Of a stretch of DNA of 64,000 bases, positions 43,803-51,170 are shown in pieces (position 1 is the first letter of the stretch; each line of letters starts with the position of its first letter). Below the pieces are notes generated by a model, which saw nothing but the letters and a program-made list of their open reading frames with translations, ran no database searches and was not told the origin of the DNA. The position numbers and the translations under genes were made by a program. This DNA comes from an uncultured Solibacteraceae bacterium (GTDB lineage Bacteria > Acidobacteriota > Terriglobia > Bryobacterales > Bryobacteraceae): the NCBI GenBank assembly GCA_963792055.1, contig CAWBUV010000017.1, positions 252,283 through 316,282 on the forward strand, in the 5' to 3' direction.

Positions 43803-45094
43803 GTTACACGGCATTTCAGGTTTTGGTGCGGCGCGATCTACGCCTGTTCTTCCAGGACAGGCGCGCGGTAACTATGAGTTTTGTCGCGCCGATTGTGATT
43901 GGGTCGTTCTTCGGCTACGTTTTCGGCAGCGCCCAGGATCGCCCGCCTTCGAAGATCGAAGTGGCGGTGGTCAACCAGGACGACAGTGAGGTTTCGCACA
44001 ATGTGATCGCCGCGCTCGCGGCGGATTCCGCGTTGGACGTGAAAGGACGCAGCCTTGACGAGGCGCGCGAACTGGTTCGCGGTGGCAAGACCACCGTGGC
44101 GGCGGTATTTCCTCCCGGATTCGCGGAGCGGGCCGGAAAATCACTTTTCCGCGGTGGCGATAAGCCGGAGATTCAGTTGCTATACGACCCTTCGCACGCC
44201 ACGGAAGTGCAGGTGGTCCGCGGTGTCCTCACCCAGCATGTGATGGAAGTGGTCAGCCGGGAGGCTATGGGCGGACCGACTTCCAAGCGCCTGCTGGACG
44301 ACGCCCTGCGTGATCTGGACAAGTCTACGGGCATGAAGCCGGCCGACCAGGCAGCGCTGCGGCGCATGCTAGAGAGCGTCGGCGATTGGAACCAGCGTCA
44401 GAGCTCGTCTCCGCAGGTGCAGGCGAACGCCGGTTTCAACATGCCGTATACCGTAAAGCAGGAAGCTGTCACAGCGCGCCAGGGTGTGCAATACAACGGC
44501 ATGGCGCACTCGTTCGCGGGGATGTGTGTGCAGTTCATCCTGTTCATGGGAATCGATGCCGGAATGGTGGTGCTGACCCAGCGGCGCAGCGGACTCTGGA
44601 AACGTCTCCAGGCGGCGCCGCTGTCGCGTTATACCATCATCGGCAGCCGTGCGGCGAGCGCGGCGATTGTCGCCATCGTCATCATGCTGACCGTCTTCGG
44701 CTTTGCGCGCGTGGTCTTCGGTGTCCGGATCGAAGGCAGCTTTGCCGGCTTCCTCGGGGTCTGCGTGGCTTTCGCTATCATGACGGCGACCTTCGGGCTG
44801 CTGGTCGCCGTGCTCGGTAAGACTCCCGAGGCGACACGTGGCATTGCGATCCTGGTGACCCTGATTTTGGTCATGCTGGGCGGTAGCTGGGTACCCGCCT
44901 TCATCTTCCCGCAATGGCTCCAGACGGTCAGTTTTGCTGTCCCCACCCGCTGGGCGGTGGACGGGTTGGATGCGATGGTTTGGCGGGGCTCCGGCTTCGA
45001 AGCAGCTTTGGGTCCGATCGCCGCACTGCTTGCCTTCGCCGCCGTCTTCGGTGTGATTGCTGTGTGGCGCTTCCGCTGGGAAGCCGAAGGGTAA
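43799..45094 (+). CDS. ABC-2 type transporter permease
   Basis: ATGA overlap with the ATPase stop. '[20 protein letters not shown]', then a large extracytoplasmic loop and C-terminal TM bundle typical of ABC-2 permeases. Confidence 0.85.
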   Translation: MSYTAFQVLVRRDLRLFFQDRRAVTMSFVAPIVIGSFFGYVFGSAQDRPPSKIEVAVVNQDDSEVSHNVIAALAADSALDVKGRSLDEARELVRGGKTTVAAVFPPGFAERAGKSLFRGGDKPEIQLLYDPSHATEVQVVRGVLTQHVMEVVSREAMGGPTSKRLLDDALRDLDKSTGMKPADQAALRRMLESVGDWNQRQSSSPQVQANAGFNMPYTVKQEAVTARQGVQYNGMAHSFAGMCVQFILFMGIDAGMVVLTQRRSGLWKRLQAAPLSRYTIIGSRAASAAIVAIVIMLTVFGFARVVFGVRIEGSFAGFLGVCVAFAIMTATFGLLVAVLGKTPEATRGIAILVTLILVMLGGSWVPAFIFPQWLQTVSFAVPTRWAVDGLDAMVWRGSGFEAALGPIAALLAFAAVFGVIAVWRFRWEAEG

Positions 45095-45101
45095 AAAATA
45101 C

Positions 45102-45205
45102 TATTCAACGCAGAGGCGCGGAGAACGCAAAGGAAGCGCAGAGAAAACTAGCTCTTATGTCGTCTCTGCGTTTCCTCTGCGCTCTTGGCGTCTCTGCGTT
45201 GAATA
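45102..45205. repeat. Large imperfect palindrome (REP-like element / bidirectional terminator candidate)
   Basis: 47-nt arms TATTCAACGCAGAGGCGCGGAGAACGCAAAGGAAGCGCAGAGAAAAC and the reverse complement of GTCGTCTCTGCGTTTCCTCTGCGCTCTTGGCGTCTCTGCGTTGAATA match at 39 of 47 positions (hand alignment). Spacer is 10 nt. The arms contain reiterated CGCAGAG. It lies between convergent genes. Confidence 0.75.
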
Positions 45206-45246
45206 CTCAGCCGCGGCTTATCAAGTCCACCGTCGTTGAGGTGGAC

Positions 45247-46011
45247 TTAGCGCCGTTCGTAATCGCGCCAATCGCGGTCGTACCGGCGTGGATTGATTTC
45301 TACCGAACGCACCTGTCCGCTGTCGAAGTTCACCGAGCAGGAGAACCTGTAGCGGCCGTCCCATCTATCCCGTCCGCGAAATACATCGATCACGCCGACA
45401 ACCCAGTCATTCCGACCCGGATTATCATCCAGCTTTGTGCTCAGGAACTCCACCCTGCGGCCACGGAAGCGGTCGCCGGCCTGCCGGCGCACCGAATCCT
45501 GGCAGACACTGACCGCCTGCTCCGTAGTGAAGCGGCGGGACGGACGATCACGATCCGGAAAGCGTCCGCTCACGGGAGGCGGCGGAGGGGGATAGGCGCC
45601 GGGACCGGGTCCGGAATCGCCGCCCCAGAAGAGGTCAAAAGTATATCCCTCGGAGCCGCCCTGGGAATCTTCGATACGGACCACGGCGACGCCGCCGTTG
45701 CGCGGATCTCGCACCAGTTGCTGCCGGCCGCGGCCATCCACTCCCGCAAAGCGGAAACCAACGGGGTTGCGAGGCAGAGGCGCGTTGCACTCGAAACGGC
45801 GCCACTCCGCCGGCCGTCCCGCAAGATTCCTTATGGTCCCCTGATCGCCGCGGATCTCGACCTCGGCCGCTCCGTCAACGACCACCTCTACGGTGCACTT
45901 GCCGCGGTCACCGCCGCCGCCAACCATCGTGGCACGCCGCTGGAATTGTTGCGCACCCGCGGATGACGCCACCGCGGACGCAGCCGCGAGAACTGTGAGT
46001 AAACGATACAT
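45247..46011 (-). CDS. Secreted two-domain hypothetical protein with Pro-rich linker
   Basis: GGGGAGG lies 5 nt before ATG 46011. Signal peptide MYRLLTVLAAASAVASSAGAQ. Linker 'GPGPGAYPPPPPP'. The track start 46068 is a TTG. Confidence 0.7.
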   Translation of the reverse strand: MYRLLTVLAAASAVASSAGAQQFQRRATMVGGGGDRGKCTVEVVVDGAAEVEIRGDQGTIRNLAGRPAEWRRFECNAPLPRNPVGFRFAGVDGRGRQQLVRDPRNGGVAVVRIEDSQGGSEGYTFDLFWGGDSGPGPGAYPPPPPPVSGRFPDRDRPSRRFTTEQAVSVCQDSVRRQAGDRFRGRRVEFLSTKLDDNPGRNDWVVGVIDVFRGRDRWDGRYRFSCSVNFDSGQVRSVEINPRRYDRDWRDYERR

Positions 46012-46064
46012 TTCTGCCTCCCCAGACAACTTAATAGCAATCGGAGGGCCACTGCTAGAAAAAC

Positions 46065-47160
46065 TCAACAGGCGCTCTGCAGGGCCTCGAGGATACCGTG
46101 CGCCGTAGTGCGCCAGGAAAACTCCGCAGCGCGTCTCGGACCTGCAGCCGCAAGCCGTCGGCGGAGTTCCTCGTCCGCCACCAGCCGGTGCATTGCCGCG
46201 GCGATCGCCGAAGGTTCCTTGGGATCGAATTTCAGTGCCGCATCCCCGGCGATGCTATCCATCGGCTCGATCCCGGAACAAGCCTGCAGGAACGCCGGCA
46301 GCCAGCGCTTCCAGCACCGGCAGCCCGAAGCCTTCGAACAAGCTGGGATAGAGAAATGCCGCGGCGCGCGCATAAAGATCGTATAACTGTTCACGCGGAA
46401 TCCACCCCGGGAATTCGACACGATCCGACAGTTGGAGCCGGTCGCGCAGCGCGTGCAGTTCGCTCGAGTAGAACCCGTGAATCCCACTGACAATGAGGCG
46501 GTACTCCGGATGATCCTCCCGGAAAATAGCGAATGCGCGCAGCAGGCCATCCAGATTCTTGTGCGGGTGCAGGGTGGAGACCGCGAGCAGGAACGGTTCC
46601 GGACGCCGGCAGGCCGCCAGGTCGAAAAAGTGCGGATCCACACCGGAAGGGACGGTGCGTATCCGGCTGGCCGGCAAACGGTACCAGCGCTTCAGGTCGT
46701 CGGCTGTTGCGCCGGAAACGGCCACGATGAGGCGCGAGACCGTAACGCTCCAGAACAGGAAGAAATTCCAGAACGGCAGATCGAACCAGCGGAAGTATTC
46801 GGGGTGACGCTTGTGCTGCAGGTCGTGAAATACCGTGACCTGGGGACACCCGCAAAGGATAGGCGCGGTGAAGCCCGGATTCAAAAGAACGTCGATGCGG
46901 CGGCGCAGCACCGCCAGTGGGAGCAGGGTCTGTTCCCAGAGCAGACGCGCTGGCCGGTTGGCGGCTTGGACGGCCTGCGGCACCCGGGTAAAATTGGCCT
47001 GCCCGGGAACCAGGTCGGGGCCGGTTTCGCGATTGGTGAAGATGAAGTAGTGGTTGTGGTGGTCGATTTCAGCCAGTGCGGTTAAAAGCGACCGCAGGTA
47101 GATCTCGGTACCGCCGACGCCACCCGGAATCAGGTAGAGCGCGTTCACGCCGATGCGCAT
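46065..47160 (-). pseudogene. GT4-family glycosyltransferase; one frame change near the 3' end
   Basis: ORF 46255..47160 runs to '...FLYPSLFEGFGLPVLEALAAGVPA'. The expected continuation 'ACSGIEPMDSIAGDAALKFDPKEPSAIAAAMHRLVADEELRRRL...' is in ORF 46065..46643. Confidence 0.8.
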
Positions 47161-47162
47161 GT

Positions 47163-48884
47163 TCAGCGGCCGCTCAGTTGCTGCTGTGCCGTGCTGAGCC
47201 CCTGCCGCGCGATGGCGAGTGAGGGGTCAAGCGCCAGCGCGTGCTGGAATTCAGTCACCGCAGCGGCAGGCTCGTTGGTAGCCAGGCGCACCTGTCCCTT
47301 ATACATATAGGTGATGGCGAAGTTGGCATCCAGCTTCTGCGCGGTATCGAAGGCCTCCATAGCCTCTTTCCATGCGGCACGTTTGGCCAGAACATAGCCG
47401 ATCTGCGTGTAAATGTGTGCCGTGGGTTCGATAGCGGCAGCCTGCCGGAACTTCTCCAGAGCTTTTTCCGGCTGGTTCAAGCCGTCGTATGCGAGGCCCC
47501 AGTCCACCAGAAGGTCCGTCGTCGGAGGCTCCCGGCTGGCCGTCTTCTCAAATTCGGCAACGGCGAGATCGTAGCGCCCCTGGTCGAAGTACGCGAAGGC
47601 CAGTTGGAAGTGGGCGCGAGACTTATTTGGTGATTTGAGTGCCGTATCCTGCCAGAGCAGGACGGGGTCGCTCCAAACCTCGGCCCGTGCATGCGTGGCA
47701 ACCGTGGCTGCCAATATCACTATCGCCGCGCCCGTGGCCAGCACCTTGGGCTCCACCTTTACGCGGCGTAGAAGATCAATCGCGACCAGGACCAGGCCGA
47801 GCATCGGCAGGTACATGCGGCGGTCGGCGATGGGATCTTTGATGGGCAGGATGCTCGAAGTAGGAGCCAGCAGCACCAGGAACATGAAGTAGCCATAGCC
47901 CGCCAGCGGAAAGCTGCGGCGATAGCGCCACGCCAGCGCCGCCAGCGCCAGCAATCCGGCGAGCCCGAAGATGGCTCCGTGGTCGAAGAGGCTGCGTGAG
48001 ATCGGGAAGTCCCAGTCCACATTGAGGCGCACCGGTAATACAAAGTTAAAGAGGTACGCGTAAATCACGCGGAACTGCGTGAACAGGTATTGATACCACG
48101 TAAAATCCTTCATCGCGAAACCGGCGCTGCCCGCGGTGCCCACACCGAGAATCAGTCTCCAGAAGAGCGCAACGCCCGCGGCGGCTCCCGCTGCCAGCAC
48201 GACGTACAGCTTCCAATTGGCGAGCACGCTGCGCAGCGGGGAGTCCGGATTCCACCAGATATCGGTCAGGACAAACAGAACCGGCAACACCACTGCCTGC
48301 TCCTTGGTGAGCACGGCGGCTCCGAACAGGGCCACCACCGCGGCCACGCCGGCCCACGAAATGGCCGCCGAGCGGCGGTAAAGGAACGCCGCCAGGCACG
48401 CGGCGCTGAACATTCCGCAGAGCGACTCCGAGCGGCCGGAAATATAAGCGACGCTTTCCGTCTGCAAAGGATGCAGCAGAAACAGGAATGCGCCGAAGGC
48501 CGCAAACGGCGTCCGGCTGCTCTCCTCAGCGCCAGCCCACTCCATCAGGCGCCGAATCACCAGGAACACCAGAATCCCCGCCAGAATGTGGATGACGATG
48601 TTGAAAAAGTGATACGACCAAGTATCCTGCAGCGAAATCCGCGTGTTGACAAAGTAGGTGAACATCAACAGCGGGCGCACCGGACCGATCCACGATGAAA
48701 GCGGTTCCGACGCGGAGGACGTGGCAAACTGCTGCTTGCTGTCGTCGAACAGAAACGCCGCGTGCATCGTCGGGCTGTATGCCCAGAGGAGCGCGGCCAG
48801 CGATACGAACGCGGCGGCGTACCAGACAACGGCAGGCGTGGCAGTGGTCTCCGCCTTCGCGGGTTTAGGCTTCTTGGTTTTCAT
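47163..48884 (-). CDS. TMTC/DUF1736-like membrane protein with C-terminal TPR repeats (PMT-type glycosyltransferase-like)
   Basis: Intact 573-aa ORF with multiple TM segments. DUF1736-like block 'LLHPLQTESVAYISGRSESLCGMF'. C-terminal TPR units, for example 'AHFQLAFAYFDQGRYDLAVAEFEK'. Confidence 0.8.
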   Translation of the reverse strand: MKTKKPKPAKAETTATPAVVWYAAAFVSLAALLWAYSPTMHAAFLFDDSKQQFATSSASEPLSSWIGPVRPLLMFTYFVNTRISLQDTWSYHFFNIVIHILAGILVFLVIRRLMEWAGAEESSRTPFAAFGAFLFLLHPLQTESVAYISGRSESLCGMFSAACLAAFLYRRSAAISWAGVAAVVALFGAAVLTKEQAVVLPVLFVLTDIWWNPDSPLRSVLANWKLYVVLAAGAAAGVALFWRLILGVGTAGSAGFAMKDFTWYQYLFTQFRVIYAYLFNFVLPVRLNVDWDFPISRSLFDHGAIFGLAGLLALAALAWRYRRSFPLAGYGYFMFLVLLAPTSSILPIKDPIADRRMYLPMLGLVLVAIDLLRRVKVEPKVLATGAAIVILAATVATHARAEVWSDPVLLWQDTALKSPNKSRAHFQLAFAYFDQGRYDLAVAEFEKTASREPPTTDLLVDWGLAYDGLNQPEKALEKFRQAAAIEPTAHIYTQIGYVLAKRAAWKEAMEAFDTAQKLDANFAITYMYKGQVRLATNEPAAAVTEFQHALALDPSLAIARQGLSTAQQQLSGR

Positions 48885-49228
48885 GGTTCGTGAGGTTTCG
48901 AAGGTGATATTCGAGAATGGCGACGCGCTGCGCCGAGGCGATATTGTCGTCGCGCAGGTGCGAAATGATCACCGAGAAGCGGAAGAACATGATCAGGAAG
49001 ACGCCTGCGGCGAGCAGGAAAAGGGTCAGCGGGGAATCCGGCAATCCGATCAGGTTTCGCACCGCATCCAGCAGCGGGCGCGCCCGCGAGAGAATCAGCA
49101 TGGCCGCCGGCGGCCAGCAGCCAGCTTACCGAATACTCCACCCGAATGTGCGCCCGGCGCACGCTGACCAGGACCAGGATGAGCAGAATGACGCTCAAAC
49201 CGGTGGTGACGTTCAAGAGGCGGTCCAT
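48865..49228 (-). pseudogene. DUF2304-like small membrane protein; one frame change
   Basis: 'MDRLLNVTTGLSVILLILVLVSVRRAHIRVEYSVSWLLAAG' (ORF 48881..49228) continues as 'MLILSRARPLLDAVRNLIGLPDSPLTLFLLAAGVFLIMFFRFSVIISHL...' in ORF 48865..49101. Confidence 0.7.
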
Positions 49229-49986
49229 CTATCCTCCAGCGCCGCGTTCCCGTTGCGCGCGGTGATAGCGGCGGTCGAATTTCAGTACGTTCACAAAAAC
49301 TCCCAGCAGCACGTGTACCACATAGTAGAGAGACTTGAGCGCCGTGATGGTGGACCGGCCGGTGGTGCGCGGCCGCATCTTGCAGGGCACCTCTTCGAAT
49401 CGGAAACGCCGCCGCTGCAACACGACGAGCGCCTCGATCTCAGGATATTCGAGCGGGAAACTGTCGCGGAAGACGTTCAGCGCGCGGCGGTTGACACCCA
49501 CGAAACCGGACGTGGGGTCCTGCACGTCCTTGCCCAGTACCGGCCGCAGCACCAGGCGAAAAAAGCGGATGCCGAGCGAGCGTATCGCGCCCGTCCGCAG
49601 AGCCGCTCTCGCCGGCAAAGCGCGAGCCGATCACCATTTCACAGCCGCTAGTTTTGAGCCTGTCGAAGACACGGGGAATATCGCGCGCATCGTGCTGCCC
49701 ATCGCCATCCACCCGAATCACGTATTGAAACCCGAGTTCGTAGGCCAGCTTGTAGCCGGCCTGCACACAGCCGCCGAGACCCAGATGGTGGGGCATGGGC
49801 AGCACCTCGGCGCCGGCCTCGCGCGCCACCGCAATCGTGCTATCCGAAGAGCAATCGTCGATCACCAGCACGGGCACGCCCGGGAACGTGTTGATGAATC
49901 TCGCGGACCACGCCGCCGATGGCGCCTTCCTCGTTGAGGGCGGGTACGATGACCAGCAGGGAATCCTGCGTGAGGACGCGGGTCAC
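49229..49986 (-). pseudogene. Family-2 glycosyltransferase (polyprenol-phosphate sugar transferase-like); 2 frame changes
   Basis: GTG 49986 (GTGA overlap with the upstream stop) gives 'VTRVLTQDSLLVIVPALNEEGAIGGVV'. Then 'VLVIDDCSSDSTIAVAREAGAEVL...RVDGDGQHD' (ORF 49440..49877). Then 'IRSLGIRFFRLVLRPVLGKDVQDPTSGFVGVNRRAL...' (ORF 49229..49618). Confidence 0.8.
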
Positions 49987-50993
49987 AGGGCGGCCATCCT
50001 TCGGCGCATGATGGCGTGGCTGCGCAGCAGGCGGCGGAAGATGGCGGGGGTGATCCGCGCGCGTGCGCGGATTTCGCGCCGCTGCCGCCACAAGCGCCCC
50101 AGATTTCCCAGCAGCGCGGCATGCGCGCGAACCACGTACCAAAGCATCCTGGGCCCGGCGTTGCCTTCGGCGCGGAAACGTGCGGCGCTTCCCTGCCCCT
50201 GGAAAATGTACCAGGCGTGCCACAAATATCGCGTCAGCGCGACCAGCGGCGCCGCCAGCAGCATCGGCGCCGGAAAGTTCTTGACCAGCACGAACAGCCG
50301 GTTCCGTTCCACGTAGTAGGCCTTCACCGGCGAGGCGCGCCCGGCGGAGTGCGAGTAGTGGTGCTCCACCACGGCACGAGGGGCATACAGGCACTTCCAG
50401 CCGGCCCAGCGGGCGCGCAAACCGAGGTCGGTATCCTCGCAGTAGAGGAAAAAGTGGTCGTCGAAGCCGCCGATGTCTTCGAGCATGGTGCGCCGGTAGA
50501 GCGCCGACGAACCGCTGGGCATGAGGACTTCCTCCAGCACCGGAAAGTCTTCCGGCAGCCGGCCGTGGCCGCGCTGCTTGCTGCTGCCGTCGCGCGCCAC
50601 CAGCATTCCGGCGGAATCGAGCCGCGGCTCACCGAAGAGGCGCACCTGCGAAGCGCACATGCCCGCATCGGGACGCGCCTCCAGGGCAGCCACCAGTTCG
50701 GCGAGCCAGTCCGGATGGGCCACCGCATCGTCATTGAGCGTGGCCAGATAGGGCGAAGTGGAGGCGCGAAGTCCCTGGTTGATGGCCGTGCCGAAACCGG
50801 CGTTGCGAGCATTTTCGATCACCCGCGCGCCCGGCCCCGTGCCGTTCCGGCGGACCAGGCCGCAGCCGCTGTTATCGACAATCACCACTTCGAGATCCGG
50901 CCTCGTCTGCCGGGAGAGGGACTGCACACACTCCAGAAGCCTCGAATCCGCAGCGAGGGTGGGGATTACCACCGTTACGAGGAAATCAGACAA
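49983..50993 (-). CDS. Family-2 glycosyltransferase (rhamnosyltransferase-like)
   Basis: Intact 336-aa ORF: 'VTVVIPTLAADSRLLECVQSL', 'VIVDNSG', 'LNDDAV', 'FFLYCEDTDLGLRARWAGWKCLYAPRAVVEHH'. Confidence 0.9.
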   Translation of the reverse strand: MSDFLVTVVIPTLAADSRLLECVQSLSRQTRPDLEVVIVDNSGCGLVRRNGTGPGARVIENARNAGFGTAINQGLRASTSPYLATLNDDAVAHPDWLAELVAALEARPDAGMCASQVRLFGEPRLDSAGMLVARDGSSKQRGHGRLPEDFPVLEEVLMPSGSSALYRRTMLEDIGGFDDHFFLYCEDTDLGLRARWAGWKCLYAPRAVVEHHYSHSAGRASPVKAYYVERNRLFVLVKNFPAPMLLAAPLVALTRYLWHAWYIFQGQGSAARFRAEGNAGPRMLWYVVRAHAALLGNLGRLWRQRREIRARARITPAIFRRLLRSHAIMRRRMAAL

Positions 50994-51170
50994 TTCTTGA
51001 TTCTACCCCGCGGCACGGGCGCGATGGCGCAGTGCCGGTGCGCCGGAACGTGAAACGCTGGCGCCGCTACGATCACCATACCGGAAGGGACCCGCTCATA
51101 TGACCCTCCCAACTAGGCGTTGAAGCGGTAAACTATCGAAAGTTCGAATCCGAAACGCAGGAGTCGTGGG

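Noticed and set aside
51142-51151. GTTCGAATCC, a tRNA T-loop-like string upstream of the Hsp90 paralogue
   Set aside because: The flanking bases (cgaaa / cgaaa) cannot form a T stem, and no acceptor, D or anticodon arms can be drawn.
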